Shown: positions 39,755 to 50,724 of the stretch, piece after piece
How positions within the stretch are numbered: the stretch's first letter is position 1
Layout: each line of letters opens with the position of its first letter
From: Candidatus Sumerlaeia bacterium
Lineage (GTDB): Bacteria > Sumerlaeota > Sumerlaeia > SLMS01 > JANRJK01
Length of the DNA: 64,000 nucleotides
Direction: 5' to 3'
Assembly (NCBI GenBank): GCA_033764015.1
Contig: JANRJK010000043.1
Coordinates: 1 to 64,000 of the forward strand
The notes under the pieces: model-generated
The model's input: the letters and a program-made list of their open reading frames with translations, nothing else
The model's database searches: none
What the model was told of the DNA's origin: nothing
Program-made: the position numbers and the translations under genes

Positions 39755-41314
39755 GTGCTGCGCTTCGCCTCCGCGCCCCCCGCCGTCCGCCTGACGAAGG
39801 CGTTCCAGACGCCCTTCCGCAATGTGGTCGCGACGGCGCGGACCTGCTATTCGTCGAAGGGCATCATCGACGACGCGGACGTCGGCGACCGGGAGCGCTT
39901 CTCGCCGCTCGCGCAGTCCATCTACGAGGCCGGCCACCACACCACCTTCCAGCACGCGCACTTCCAGTTCGCCATCGAGAACGTCTCGCGGCACTTCATC
40001 TGGGGCTTCCTGCACGCGCATCCGTTCTACAACAGCGAGCAGGTGTCGCAGCGCTACGTCCACGTCCGCCCGGACACGGCCGTGGTGCCCGAGCTGCCCG
40101 CGGACCAGGACGCGGTGTACCGCGGCGCGGTGGAGGAGCTCTTCGCCGCCTACGAGCGCCTCTCGGAGATGCTCGAAGGCCCGGTCGAGTCCGCCTTCTT
40201 CTCCCGCTTCCCGCGCTCGCCGCGCCGCGAGAAGGAGCAGCGCTCCGCGATCCGCAAGAAGGCGCAGGAGATCGCCCGGTACGTCCTCCCCGTCGCCACG
40301 CACGCATACCTCTACCACACCGTGAGCGGCGTCACGCTCCTGCGGTACTGGCGCGTCTGCCAGGGGTGGGACCTCCCTAGCGAGCAGCGCCTCGTGGTCG
40401 GGGCCATGGTGGACGAGCTGCTCCGCTTCGACCCGAACTACGACATCGTTCTGCAGCCGCCGCTCGATCCGGAGCGCTTCCCCGAGGATGCCCTGTTCGA
40501 GAGCGTTCCGGGAGCGTGGGACCGCTCGCAGGCGGCCACCTTCACCGGCGAGTTCGACGCCGGCATGGAAGGAAACGAGGCGTCGAAGCTCGTGGGCTGG
40601 CAGGAGAACGCGCCGGCTATCGTCGCGCAGGCGGTGCGCGAGGTCCTCGGGCGCCCGCTCGCCGCCATGGACGACGAGGCGGCGATCCGCCTCGTGCTCG
40701 ATCCGTCGCAGAACCGCTTGCTGGGCGAATCGCTCAACCTCACGACGCACCACAAGCTTTCCCGCGCGCTGCACCATGCGCACTACGTCTTCCGCAAGCG
40801 CCTCAGCCACGCCGCCGACAGCCAGGACCAGCGGCACCGGATGACGCCCGCCTCGCGCCCGGTCCTCGCCGCGCACCTCCTCGATGTGCCGGACTACGTG
40901 ACGCCTGAGCTGTTCCGCCACGACGAGCCGTGCCTCGCGCTGTACCGCGGAACGATGGAGCGGCTGTGGGAGTCGATCGCCCGGCTCGAGGCGCTCGGCG
41001 CGCCGCAGGAGGCGCTGCAGTATCTGCTGCCCAACGCGGCGACGGTCCGCTTCACCGAGAGCGCGGACCTGCTGAACCTGCGCCACAAGCACACGATGCG
41101 GCTCTGCTTCAACGCGCAGGAGGAGATCTGGCGCGCCAGCCGCGAGGAGGCGCTCCAGATCCGCGACGTCCACCCGCAGCTGGGAGCCTTCCTCCTGCCG
41201 CCGTGCACGCAGCGCGCCATGGCGCATTCGAAGCCAATCTGCCCCGAGGGAAAGCGGTACTGCGGCGTCCGGGTCTGGAAGCAGGACGTCACCGAGTACG
41301 AGCGCATCATCTGA
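39755..41314 (+). CDS. thyX: FAD-dependent thymidylate synthase, tandem-domain type
   Basis: ARTCYS, GH.T..H, SEQVSQRY, ARYVLP in domain 1; QRHR, YLLPNA, RLC..AQ.EI in domain 2. GTG start at 39755 inferred. Confidence 0.85.
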   Translation: MLRFASAPPAVRLTKAFQTPFRNVVATARTCYSSKGIIDDADVGDRERFSPLAQSIYEAGHHTTFQHAHFQFAIENVSRHFIWGFLHAHPFYNSEQVSQRYVHVRPDTAVVPELPADQDAVYRGAVEELFAAYERLSEMLEGPVESAFFSRFPRSPRREKEQRSAIRKKAQEIARYVLPVATHAYLYHTVSGVTLLRYWRVCQGWDLPSEQRLVVGAMVDELLRFDPNYDIVLQPPLDPERFPEDALFESVPGAWDRSQAATFTGEFDAGMEGNEASKLVGWQENAPAIVAQAVREVLGRPLAAMDDEAAIRLVLDPSQNRLLGESLNLTTHHKLSRALHHAHYVFRKRLSHAADSQDQRHRMTPASRPVLAAHLLDVPDYVTPELFRHDEPCLALYRGTMERLWESIARLEALGAPQEALQYLLPNAATVRFTESADLLNLRHKHTMRLCFNAQEEIWRASREEALQIRDVHPQLGAFLLPPCTQRAMAHSKPICPEGKRYCGVRVWKQDVTEYERII

Positions 41315-41332
41315 CCCGACCGGGAGCGGACA

Positions 41333-42079
41333 ATGCAACGACCCGACCGCTGGTACCTGTTCGACGCGGGAGCGCAGACCGGCCCGCACACGCTGTCGGA
41401 GCTGCAGTCGAAGGCCCGGGCTGGCTGGCTCGGGCTGGACGCGCTCGCGATCCAGGAAGGCGACACCGACTGGCGCCCCGCGCGGGATGTGGTCGGTCTC
41501 GCGCCGCCTCCTCCGCCCTCCCCGGCGCCGGGCGAGCCACCTGCGCGGAGCATCTACGACCGCCCGCCGATGGCGCCGCCGGCCGGCGCCGGCCCTCCGC
41601 CCCCGGAAGCGCCGATCACGATGTCCTCCGTGCAGTTTTTCGACCCGCGCGAAATCGTCGGCAAGCGCGTGCTGGGCTACATCGTCGACGCGGTGATCTT
41701 CTGGTTCCTCTCGTGCGGCATCGGTGCCGCCATGGGCGGTGTGCTGATGGCGGCGGTGTCGGTCGGCAATGCGGCGGGGGGCGGCCAGCCCGGGTTGGAC
41801 GGCTTCTCCGCAGTTGCCCAGATTCTTTCATGGATCGTCGGCGCCGTCTTCTGGTGCCTCCGCGACGCCGTGAAGGGCAGGAGCCCCGGGAAGTTGGTCG
41901 TCGGGCTCCGCGTCGTCGATGCGAACACCGGGGCTCCGATTAGCGTCGGCCAGTCGATCATCCGGAACCTGCTCTTCGCGATTCCCTGCCTGCCGCTCGT
42001 CATGCTGTTCGTCCTGCTCGCGACCGGAGAGCACTGGGGCGACAAGATCGCCGGAACACGCGTCGAGCCGGCGACCTGA
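41333..42079 (+). CDS. GYF_2-like domain + RDD family membrane protein
   Basis: WYL....QTGP...WRP N-domain, Pro linker, KR.LGYIVD, G.SPGK...GLRVV, IRN and GD..AGT.V RDD motifs. Confidence 0.85.
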   Translation: MQRPDRWYLFDAGAQTGPHTLSELQSKARAGWLGLDALAIQEGDTDWRPARDVVGLAPPPPPSPAPGEPPARSIYDRPPMAPPAGAGPPPPEAPITMSSVQFFDPREIVGKRVLGYIVDAVIFWFLSCGIGAAMGGVLMAAVSVGNAAGGGQPGLDGFSAVAQILSWIVGAVFWCLRDAVKGRSPGKLVVGLRVVDANTGAPISVGQSIIRNLLFAIPCLPLVMLFVLLATGEHWGDKIAGTRVEPAT

Positions 42080-42082
42080 CCG

Positions 42083-42502
42083 CTAGAGGTGCTTCACCAC
42101 CACCGCGGCGAGCGCCAGCGCTCCAAGCAGCGCCAAGATCGCCAGCACTCCGAGGAGCGAAATGCGGCGGAGCGGCGCGCGGCGATCCATGCTGAATCTC
42201 ACTTCGTAACGTGTCTCGCCTGCCTCGCGCCGAGGGGACGTGAACCCCGGGGGCGGCTGGAATCCGATGTCCCCGGGCGGCGGGCGGCGTGCTTCCGGCG
42301 ACGCCATGGCGGCCTCGACGCGCCGCCGCAACTCCTCAGGCATCTCCTCCAGCGAACTGTACGTCTGCTCGCCTTCCGGTCCGCTCACGGTGAAGGAGCG
42401 GACAATGCGCCGTTCCACGCGCACGCCAGGCGGCGCCCCGCTAACGCAGGCAGGGCACGCCCCGTGGCGGTCCAAGATCGCTCCGCATTGGTCGCAGATC
42501 AT
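42083..42502 (-). CDS. Hypothetical protein with N-terminal Zn-ribbon and C-terminal TM helix
   Basis: MICDQCG......CPAC, Y.SLEEMPEE.R motif and hydrophobic C-terminus. Confidence 0.6.
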   Translation of the reverse strand: MICDQCGAILDRHGACPACVSGAPPGVRVERRIVRSFTVSGPEGEQTYSSLEEMPEELRRRVEAAMASPEARRPPPGDIGFQPPPGFTSPRREAGETRYEVRFSMDRRAPLRRISLLGVLAILALLGALALAAVVVKHL

Positions 42503-42596
42503 CGCGCACCCCAGCCGGTGTGATGAGGAAAGAGTTTCACCCGCGGGACCGCGCCGCGCAACCTGAGTGCGCACGCCACGCACCGGAGCCACCCCC

Positions 42597-45434
42597 ATGG
42601 CAGAGCAACCCGCGACCCGCAAGCGCCTCGTCCTCGTGGACGGCCACGCGAATGTCTTCAAGGCCTACCACGCCATCAAGACCCCGCTCACCACATCGAG
42701 CGGCGAGACAACGCACGCGGTCATGGGCTTCCTCAGCATGTTTCTGCGGCTCCACAAGATGGTGGCGTGCGACCATGTGGTGGTCGTCTTCGACGCGGAT
42801 GCGCCCAGCTTCCGCCACCTCGAATACGAAGCCTACAAGGCGACGCGCTCCGAGACCCCGCCGGACCTCCACACGCAGGCGCGCCGCATCCGCCAAGTCC
42901 TCGCCGCGATGCGGGTCCCGATCAACGACGCCCCCGGCTTCGAGGCCGACGACGCGATCGCGACCCTCGCGGTGCGCGCCGTCGAGCAGGGCGGCGAGGC
43001 GCTCGTCTGCTCCGTCGATAAGGACCTGCTCCAGATCGTCCGCCCGGGCATCACCGTCTGGCGCGACCACCTCGGGAAGATCGAGGAACTCGACCCCGCG
43101 GGCGTGAAGGAGAAGCTCGGCATCGCGCCGGAGTTGGTGCCCGACTACCTTGGCCTCATCGGCGACAGCTCCGACAACCTGCCGGGCATCCCCGGCGTCG
43201 GGCCGAAGACCGCGGTGAAGCTGCTCGAGGAGTTCGGCTCCTTCGACGCGCTCATGGAGGCCGCTTCCGGCCTGCCGGAGAAGAAGGCCAAGCTGCGACA
43301 GTCGCTCCTGGACCACGGTGCCGCCGCCCGCCGCTCGCGAGACTTGGCGCGGCTGCGCCTCGATGTGCCGCTCGAATTCTCCTGGGAGTCCACGCGCTGG
43401 TCCCCCGTCGTGACGGAGGAGCTGCGATCCGTGCTGCTCGAACTCGAGCTTGGGCGCCTGCTCCGCGAGCTGGAGGCGGCCGCTCCCGCGCCCCCGCCGC
43501 CAGCGGCTCCCAAGCCGGCGCGCCGCCCACTGCCCGCCGATGCGCAAGAGGACCTCTTCGGATCGATGATGGACGACGAGCGCGAGCCGCTGGCGGACGC
43601 CCCTCCCGCCGCCCCCGTCCGCGACACCGACTACCGGGCCATCCAATCGCGCGAGGCGCTAGCGGAGACCGTTGCGGCGATCCGCGCGGCGGGCCTCTGC
43701 GCCATCGACACGGAGACCACGGACCTCGATCCCTTCGCCGCGGAACTTGTCGGCATCTCGCTCTCCTGGCGCCCGGACCAGGGTGTGTACATCCCCGTGG
43801 GCCACGCGACCGGCGAGGCCCAGCTTCCGCTCGACGAGGTGCGGGCGGAGCTCTCGCCGCTCTTCGCCGATGGCTCCGTGCGCTGGGTCGCGCACCACTG
43901 GAAGTTCGACTACAAGATCCTGAAGCGCGCCGGCTTCCCCGTCGGGGCTGTTGCCAGCGACACGCTGGTCTCCGCGTACCTGCTCCAGCCCGACGGCGGC
44001 CAGCGCACCGGACTCGGGCTGAAGAACCTCGCGCTCGAGCGGCTCGGCGTCGCGATGACCCCGATCTCCGAGCTCATCGGCGACGGCAAGGGGATGCTGA
44101 CCATGGCCGGCACCCGCATCGCCGACGCATCCGCCTACGCCTGCGCCGACGCGGATCTGACGCTTCAACTGCACCACCACTTCGAACCCAAGCTGCTCGA
44201 TGCGGGCCTCGCGAAGCTCCGCGACGAAGTGGAATGCCCGCTCACACCCGTGCTCGCCGACATGGAGCTGGAGGGCGTCCGCATCGACGTGCCGTACTTC
44301 GAGGCGTTCGGCCGCGAGGCCGCCGCCGATCTGCAACGGATCGGCGAGGAGGTCTTCGCGCTGGCGGGGGAGCGCTTCAACATCAACTCGCCGAAGCAGG
44401 TCGGCGAGGTGCTGTTCGACAAGCTCGGCCTCAAGACCGCGCGCGAGAAGAAGACCGCCACCGGCCGCAGCACCGATGTCTCCGTGCTGGAGGAGCTGGC
44501 GAAGCAGCATCCCCTGCCGGCGAAGCTGCTCGAGTACCGGAAGCTCGAGAAGCTGCGCGGCACCTACATCGACGCGCTGCCGAAGTCGGTGAACCCGGGC
44601 ACGGGGCGCGTGCACACCAGCTACAACCAGACCGACGTCGCGACGGGGCGCATCTCGAGCAGCGACCCGAACCTCCAGAACATCCCCGTCCGCAGCGAGG
44701 AGGGCCAGCGCGTGCGCCGCGGTTTCGTCCCGCGCGCGGCGGGATGGTCCCTGCTCGCGGCGGACTACTCGCAGGTCGAGCTGCGCATCCTCGCGCACAT
44801 GAGCGGCGACGCGGCGCTCCGGCGGGCGTTCGAGACCGGCGGCGACATCCACCGCCTGACCGCCAGCCTGGTCTTCAAGGTGCCGCCGGAGGAGATCACC
44901 TCCGCGCAGCGCTCCGGCGCCAAGGCGATCAACTTCGGCATCGTCTACGGAATGACATCCTTCCGCCTCGCGAACGACCTAGGCATCTCGAGGACCGAGG
45001 CGCAGCAGTTCATCGACGACTACTTCGCCGCGTACTCCGGCGTTCGCGACTTCATCGAACGCACGAAGGAGTCCGCCCGCGCCACGGGGCAGGTCGCGAC
45101 GATGCTCGGCCGGCGGCGCTCGATCCCCGACATGGACTCGCGCAACCCGAACGCGCGCGCCTTCGCCGAGCGCATCGCCGTGAACACCCCGATCCAGGGC
45201 ACCAGCGCGGACATGATCAAGCTCGCCATGATCCGGCTGGCCAGGCGGCTCGCGGAGGAGCGTCTCGATGCGCGCATGATCCTCCAGGTGCACGACGAGC
45301 TGATCTTCGACGTGCCCGACGGCGAGCTTGACAAAGTCAAGCAACTGGTCCCGGAGGAGATGGCGCGGGCGCTGCCGCTCAGCGTTCCGGTGAAGGTCGA
45401 CGTGGAGTGCGGCGCCAACTGGGCCGAGGTCTGA
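42597..45434 (+). CDS. polA: DNA polymerase I
   Basis: 5'-3' exonuclease (EADD, DKD, GDSSDN.PG.PGVGPKTA), 3'-5' exonuclease (DTET), polymerase motifs DYSQVELR, AKAINFGIVYG and QVHDEL. Confidence 0.98.
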   Translation: MAEQPATRKRLVLVDGHANVFKAYHAIKTPLTTSSGETTHAVMGFLSMFLRLHKMVACDHVVVVFDADAPSFRHLEYEAYKATRSETPPDLHTQARRIRQVLAAMRVPINDAPGFEADDAIATLAVRAVEQGGEALVCSVDKDLLQIVRPGITVWRDHLGKIEELDPAGVKEKLGIAPELVPDYLGLIGDSSDNLPGIPGVGPKTAVKLLEEFGSFDALMEAASGLPEKKAKLRQSLLDHGAAARRSRDLARLRLDVPLEFSWESTRWSPVVTEELRSVLLELELGRLLRELEAAAPAPPPPAAPKPARRPLPADAQEDLFGSMMDDEREPLADAPPAAPVRDTDYRAIQSREALAETVAAIRAAGLCAIDTETTDLDPFAAELVGISLSWRPDQGVYIPVGHATGEAQLPLDEVRAELSPLFADGSVRWVAHHWKFDYKILKRAGFPVGAVASDTLVSAYLLQPDGGQRTGLGLKNLALERLGVAMTPISELIGDGKGMLTMAGTRIADASAYACADADLTLQLHHHFEPKLLDAGLAKLRDEVECPLTPVLADMELEGVRIDVPYFEAFGREAAADLQRIGEEVFALAGERFNINSPKQVGEVLFDKLGLKTAREKKTATGRSTDVSVLEELAKQHPLPAKLLEYRKLEKLRGTYIDALPKSVNPGTGRVHTSYNQTDVATGRISSSDPNLQNIPVRSEEGQRVRRGFVPRAAGWSLLAADYSQVELRILAHMSGDAALRRAFETGGDIHRLTASLVFKVPPEEITSAQRSGAKAINFGIVYGMTSFRLANDLGISRTEAQQFIDDYFAAYSGVRDFIERTKESARATGQVATMLGRRRSIPDMDSRNPNARAFAERIAVNTPIQGTSADMIKLAMIRLARRLAEERLDARMILQVHDELIFDVPDGELDKVKQLVPEEMARALPLSVPVKVDVECGANWAEV

Positions 45435-46763
45435 TCAGAGCAGGATCGCCGCGAAGCAGGCAGTGCTGAAGGTGGCCAGCGTGCCTGCGATCATCGCCGG
45501 GACGGCGGCGGCCACCACGTCCACGCGCCGCTCCGGCGCGAGGATCGACAGCCCGCCGATCTGGATCCCGAGCGAGCCCAGGTTCGCGAACCCGCAGAGC
45601 GCGTAGCTCATGATCGTCGAGCTGCGCTCGGAGAGGGTGTCCCTCATCGCTGCGAGGTCGAGGTAGGCGATGAACTCGTTGGCGACCGTCTTCACCCCGA
45701 TCAGGCGCCCCGCCGCCTCCGCCTCGTGCCACGGCACACCCATGAGCCACGCGATCGGACGGCACAGCCGGCCGAGGATCGCGCGCAGGTTGAACGCCGG
45801 GTGCCGCGCGATCGCATCGGCCTCGCCCGCCGCGTAGAGCGCCGCGCCAGCGGCGTACTCCAGAGCCGCGTCCACCAGCGCGAGAATCGCGAGGAACGAG
45901 ATCAGCATCGCCGCCACGTTGAGCGCGAGCTTGAGCCCCTCCGTCGTGCCTCCGGTCACCGCGTCCAGCATGGTGTCGTACTCTTTCGGCACGTCGACGT
46001 TCGCGACGTCGCGCGTGACCGGCACCTCGGTCTCGGGTCGGACCACTTTGGCGAAGAGGAGCGCCGCGGGCGCGCTCATCACCGAGGCGGCCAGCAAGTG
46101 CCCCGCGATGTCCGGCACCACGGGCCCGAGGATGCCGATGTAGCTCGCCATGACGCTGCCGGCGATGTTGGCGAAGCCGCCGGCCATCACCGCGTGGATC
46201 TCGCTCTTCGTCATCTTAGGGATGAAGGGCCGGACGAGGAGCGGCGCCTCTGTCTGGCCGAGGAAGATGTTGGCGGCCCCGCTGAAGGTCTCCGCGCCGG
46301 AGGTCCCCATGGTCCGCTGCATCACCCACGCGAGTCCCCGCACCACGACCTGAAGGGCGCCGATGTGGTACAGCAGCGCGGAAAGCGCACTGAACAGTAT
46401 GATGATCGGCAGCACGTTGAAGGCGAAGAAGAAGCCCAGCGAGCCCTCCTTGTCCGGGGTGAGCGCGAGGCTGCCGAACATGAACTGCGACCCCGCGCCC
46501 GCCGCGTCGATCACCGACAGGAAAAAGTCGTTCACACGCTCGAAGAACCACTCGCCGGCGGCCGTCCTGAGCACCAGCACCGCAAAGGCGAACTGGAGTC
46601 CCAGGCCGAACACCACGATGCGCCAGTTGGCGAGGGCCCGTTTGCGGTCGCTGCTCATCGCCCAGGCCAGGGCGAGGAACACCGCCAGGCCGAGCACCGG
46701 GATCAGGCGGTCCACCAGCGTGACGGCGGATTCGACATTGGGCATTGCGATTTCGTCGGCCAT
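45435..46763 (-). CDS. nupC: Concentrative nucleoside transporter (NupC/CNT family)
   Basis: IFLGQTEAPL, HLLAASVMSAP, K...NEFIAY and YALCGFANL.S motifs. Confidence 0.93.
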   Translation of the reverse strand: MADEIAMPNVESAVTLVDRLIPVLGLAVFLALAWAMSSDRKRALANWRIVVFGLGLQFAFAVLVLRTAAGEWFFERVNDFFLSVIDAAGAGSQFMFGSLALTPDKEGSLGFFFAFNVLPIIILFSALSALLYHIGALQVVVRGLAWVMQRTMGTSGAETFSGAANIFLGQTEAPLLVRPFIPKMTKSEIHAVMAGGFANIAGSVMASYIGILGPVVPDIAGHLLAASVMSAPAALLFAKVVRPETEVPVTRDVANVDVPKEYDTMLDAVTGGTTEGLKLALNVAAMLISFLAILALVDAALEYAAGAALYAAGEADAIARHPAFNLRAILGRLCRPIAWLMGVPWHEAEAAGRLIGVKTVANEFIAYLDLAAMRDTLSERSSTIMSYALCGFANLGSLGIQIGGLSILAPERRVDVVAAAVPAMIAGTLATFSTACFAAILL

Positions 46764-46867
46764 GTGGCCCCCTGATTTCCGGTTGTTTCGCCCGGTGGCG
46801 CGCGCAGCATAGGAACTATCAGCAGCGCAAGCGCACTGGCGCGAGGCAAGGCCGCATCGAGGTCGCC

Positions 46868-47617
46868 GTGGAAGAGAGTTTCGACAAGGTTGGATCGAGC
46901 AGTTGGAACGACGAGGGCATCTTCGTCGACAGGGCTTCGACGCCTCCGATGCCCGACTGGCTGATACGCGCCTCGCACCGGGGCTACGAGCTGCTAAGCA
47001 CCGGCTACGCGAACATCCCGGAGGTCTCGCCCAAGACGCTCCCGGCGGCGGCCGACCCGGAGCGGCCCGCCGGCGGACGCGTCGGACGCGGAGGCGCGAC
47101 GGTGCCCGCCCAGCCGACCACCCCCGCCTCCGGAGCGCGGCACACGCCGCTGCCGCCGCGCTCGGGCCAGTCCCTCGAAGTCACCGGCCGCGGGCGCACG
47201 GAGCGTCCAACGGTCCCCGCCGGACCCGGCGATCCGCTGGCCGGCCTCCGGCAGGAGATGGCGTCCTCCGGCGTCAACTTGCCCCCGCGCGGGATGCGAC
47301 CGCCGGAGCCGTCCCGCGCCGCGCCCCCTCCCGAGCCGCGCGCCGCCGCGCCACCCACGCCGCGCCCGACGCTCCCCAATCCGCGCCCTGCGCAGCCGCG
47401 GGAGCCCGAACCACCCGCGCGCCAGGGGGTCTTCCAGCCCAAGGCTCCCGCGAAGGACGAGTTCCGCGTCGACTGGGGGCCCACCGTGGACACCCGCCAG
47501 CAGTGGAACCTCATCCCTCCGCCGAAGAAGGGACCCCCCGCCGAGGAGAAGCACCCCGAGGGCGACGTCTCCCAAGGCAGGCTCGGCAGCATGTTCAAGA
47601 AGTTCTTCGGCGAGTAA
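46868..47617 (+). CDS. Pro-rich hypothetical protein
   Basis: Fills the gap between nupC and GT4; genome-like codon usage; ends ..MFKKFFGE. Start uncertain (46745-46868). Confidence 0.55.
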   Translation: MEESFDKVGSSSWNDEGIFVDRASTPPMPDWLIRASHRGYELLSTGYANIPEVSPKTLPAAADPERPAGGRVGRGGATVPAQPTTPASGARHTPLPPRSGQSLEVTGRGRTERPTVPAGPGDPLAGLRQEMASSGVNLPPRGMRPPEPSRAAPPPEPRAAAPPTPRPTLPNPRPAQPREPEPPARQGVFQPKAPAKDEFRVDWGPTVDTRQQWNLIPPPKKGPPAEEKHPEGDVSQGRLGSMFKKFFGE

Positions 47618-47623
47618 CCTCCC

Positions 47624-48784
47624 ATCGACAAGCCCTCCGGCGACCGGCGCCCCCGCCGCGTCCTCCACATCATCGATTCCCTCAACCAGGGCGGCGCGCA
47701 GGCGGTCGTGCTGAACCTCGCCCGCCACGCGGACCCTGCGCGTTCGCGGCACGCGGTCGCCGGGCTGTATGGTCCCGGCGCCATGTCGCCCGCCTTCCGG
47801 GCGGCGAAGGTACCCCTCGCCCAGCTCGCCGCCACGAAGTTCGACCCGCGGATTCCGGCGGCGCTTGTCCGGCTCGTCCGCCGTGTGCGCCCGGACGTCC
47901 TCCACGCGCACCTTGTCGTGTCCTGCGCGCTCGCCGAATCCCTCCGCCGGTTCCTCCCCGGGAAGACGCGGCTCGTCTGCCACGTCCACAACCTCTTCGC
48001 GCAGCACGGCGAGGACCGCTACCAGGACACCATCGAGGCGCGCCTCTACCGGCGCTGCGACGCGACGGTCGCCTGCTCGCGCGAAGTGGCGGAAAGCCTC
48101 CTGCCGCCGCGGCGGCCGAGGCCCCGGAAGTTGTCGGTCGTCACCAACGGCATCGCCGACGAGCTGCTCCACCCCACAAGCGCCTGCGAGCGCGCGCAGG
48201 CCCGCGACGGGCTGAACATCGGCGGCGGCACGCCGCTGCTGCTCTCCGTCGGGCGCCTCACGGAGCAGAAGAACATGGGCTACGCGCTCCGCGTGGCGGC
48301 GGAGCTGCGGCGCATGATGCCGCAAGTGCGCTACTGGATCGCAGGCGAAGGCGTCCGCGAGGCGGAACTCCGCGCGCAGGCCGCCCGCCTCAAGCTCGAG
48401 GGCGCCGTCGAGTTCCTGGGGTTCCGCTCCGACATCCGCCAGCTACTCGCCGCCGCCGACATGTTCTTCATGCCGTCGCTCCACGAGGGCCTGCCGCTCG
48501 CGCTCGTCGAGGCGATGGGCACCGGCACCATGCCCGTCGTGACGCCCTTCAACGGCCACGCGGCGCTCGTGCGCGACGGCGGCACCGGCTGCGTGGTGCC
48601 GTTCGACGCTCCTCGCGAGGCCGCCCGCCGCATCGTCGGCCACTTCATGGACGCCCCGCGCCGGCTGCGCATCGGCGCGGCGGCCTCGCGCCACGTCCGC
48701 GGCGGCTACTCCTCCACAAGGTTTGCCCGCCGCATGGACGCCCTGTACGACGGGCTCCTCGCGGAGGCCCCCGCGCACCCCTGA
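47624..48784 (+). CDS. Glycosyltransferase family 4 (start codon uncertain, possibly ATC at 47624)
   Basis: In-frame [15 protein letters not shown] upstream of the first GTG (47708); VGRL..QKN, FLGFRSD and [11 protein letters not shown] motifs. Confidence 0.85.
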   Translation: MDKPSGDRRPRRVLHIIDSLNQGGAQAVVLNLARHADPARSRHAVAGLYGPGAMSPAFRAAKVPLAQLAATKFDPRIPAALVRLVRRVRPDVLHAHLVVSCALAESLRRFLPGKTRLVCHVHNLFAQHGEDRYQDTIEARLYRRCDATVACSREVAESLLPPRRPRPRKLSVVTNGIADELLHPTSACERAQARDGLNIGGGTPLLLSVGRLTEQKNMGYALRVAAELRRMMPQVRYWIAGEGVREAELRAQAARLKLEGAVEFLGFRSDIRQLLAAADMFFMPSLHEGLPLALVEAMGTGTMPVVTPFNGHAALVRDGGTGCVVPFDAPREAARRIVGHFMDAPRRLRIGAAASRHVRGGYSSTRFARRMDALYDGLLAEAPAHP

Positions 48785-48798
48785 CCGGAGCACGCACC

Positions 48799-49857
48799 GT
48801 GCAGCACTACCGCATCGACCTCGTCAGCGACACCACCACGCGTCCGACCGCCGCCATGCGCCGCGCCATGGCCGAGGCCATCGTAGGCGACGAGCAGAAG
48901 CACGAGGACCCCACCACCAACCGCCTCGCCGCGATGGTGGCGGAACTCACCGGCAAGGAGGCGGCGGTTTTCCTCCCCTCCGGGGCGATGTGCAACCAGA
49001 TCGCCATCCGCGTCCACTGCCGCCCCGGCGACGAGATCATGGTGCACCGCACCGCGCACATCTTCAACTACGAGGGGGCGGGCCACGCCGCGCTCAGCGG
49101 CGCGACCGCGATGCCGCTCGAAGGCCCCCGCGGCATGTTCACCGCCGACGCCGTCCAGGCCGCCGTCCGCCCCCAGTCGAACCACCACTCGCGCTCGCGG
49201 CTGCTCTGCGTCGAGCAAACCACCAACATGGGCGGGGGAGCGGTGTGGCCGCTCGACCAAGTCCGCGAGGTATGCGCCGCCGCCCGCGCGCACGGCATGG
49301 CCACGCACCTCGACGGGGCGCGGCTGCTCAACGCCGTGGTGGCGACCGGCATCCCCGCGCACACGTGGTGCGAGCCCTTCGACTCCGTGTGGATCGACTT
49401 TTCGAAGGGGCTCGGAGCGCCCGTCGGCGCGGTGCTCGCGGGCGACCGCGCCTTCATCCGCGAAGCCTGGCGCGCCAAGCACCAGTTCGGCGGCGCCATG
49501 CGCCAGAGCGGCATCATCGCCGCCGCCGCGATCCACGCGCTCGAACACCACATCGAACGCTTGGCGGAGGACCACGACAACGCGCGGCGGCTCGGTGGCC
49601 TCCTCGAGGCGATCCCCGGCGTCCGAGTGGAATCCCCCATCGAGACCAACATGGTCTTCTTCGACGTCGCGGAAGCCGGCCTCACCGGCGCGGAGCTCAT
49701 CCGCCGCATCGCCGCCGACGGGGTCCGGGTCAGCCCCGGCGGACGCCCCACCCGGCTCCGCGCCGTCACCCACCTCGACGTCACCGGAACGATGATCGAC
49801 GACGCAGCGGCCGCGATCGCCAAGGCGGTGGGGGCGGGCAAGGGCTCCGACCTCTAG
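48799..49857 (+). CDS. ltaE: Low-specificity L-threonine aldolase (PLP-dependent)
   Basis: [32 protein letters not shown] and GG.MRQ.G motifs; GTG start with GGAG RBS. Confidence 0.92.
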   Translation: MQHYRIDLVSDTTTRPTAAMRRAMAEAIVGDEQKHEDPTTNRLAAMVAELTGKEAAVFLPSGAMCNQIAIRVHCRPGDEIMVHRTAHIFNYEGAGHAALSGATAMPLEGPRGMFTADAVQAAVRPQSNHHSRSRLLCVEQTTNMGGGAVWPLDQVREVCAAARAHGMATHLDGARLLNAVVATGIPAHTWCEPFDSVWIDFSKGLGAPVGAVLAGDRAFIREAWRAKHQFGGAMRQSGIIAAAAIHALEHHIERLAEDHDNARRLGGLLEAIPGVRVESPIETNMVFFDVAEAGLTGAELIRRIAADGVRVSPGGRPTRLRAVTHLDVTGTMIDDAAAAIAKAVGAGKGSDL

Positions 49858-49947
49858 GGTCGCAAACAGGCAGCCCGACCCGGCCGACGCCCCGAAACGG
49901 AGTCGAGTGCGCCGAAGGCGAATCGTGTCTCCCAGCCGCTCGGACAG

Positions 49948-50724
49948 CTACCGCTTGAGGTGCTCTCTGAAGACCTCGTCGAGGGGACCGATCCCCCAGC
50001 ACTCGCGTGGCGCCAAGGTCCGCGCGGCCGCCTCGAGGGCCGGGAGCGACTCGCCGAAGAACGAGGCGAGTTCATGAGGGAGAACGATCGGAGCCTTCTC
50101 CAGCGCGTGGGTCTTCTGGGCCATGAGGTCCTCCACGAGCCCGCGAATGGCGATGACCTCCCGCGACGGGGTCTCGCGCAGGATGACCGCGAAATCCGTT
50201 GGCGGTTGGCCGCCGAGATCCCTGATCCAGGCGGCCGCGGCCAGCGGGCGGATCACGTAGAAGGCCTTCTTGATGCTGATGCGATCACCCTCGAGGTGAT
50301 GGTGGATGATCTGGCGGGCGAGCCCGAGATAGTGAAGCATGGCCTTCCGCGGCTCGAAGTAGGCAGGTAGCAGCTCGCGCATCCGCGACAGGAACGCGTC
50401 CTCCTGCCGGTAGGCAATCGGGCTGAGCAGCCACTCGTTCATCGACGCGTTGCACCCTTTGAACAGGCGCAGCGCCTTTCGCAATTCCCAGCCAGCGAGG
50501 TCGATTTTCGAGGCGTCGTCGAGACTCAGGAAGTTGTCGGGCTCCTCGCGCAGTGAGAGGTAAGCGTCGGCAGTGTGGCTGTAGATTGTCCGCACGTCGT
50601 AGTCGCTGTCCGGGGATGCGAATCCCCACGCCCGACTGCCGGACTCGCACGCGTAGAGCAGCCGGATGCCTCGAGCCGTCTCCTCGCCTTCCAACTTCTC
50701 CAGGATCAAATCATGAATGCGCAC
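49948..50724 (-). CDS. Pol-beta superfamily nucleotidyltransferase (RlaP/YcgL-like)
   Basis: ESGSRAWGFASPDSDYDVR, D..GWELRKAL.L, EWL.SPI.Y and KK.FYV.RP motifs. Confidence 0.9.
   Translation of the reverse strand: MRIHDLILEKLEGEETARGIRLLYACESGSRAWGFASPDSDYDVRTIYSHTADAYLSLREEPDNFLSLDDASKIDLAGWELRKALRLFKGCNASMNEWLLSPIAYRQEDAFLSRMRELLPAYFEPRKAMLHYLGLARQIIHHHLEGDRISIKKAFYVIRPLAAAAWIRDLGGQPPTDFAVILRETPSREVIAIRGLVEDLMAQKTHALEKAPIVLPHELASFFGESLPALEAAARTLAPRECWGIGPLDEVFREHLKR

Noticed and set aside
46903..48798. Apparent 632-aa N-terminal extension on the threonine aldolase
   Set aside because: It overlaps two better genes in another frame; the aldolase has its own GTG and RBS at 48799.
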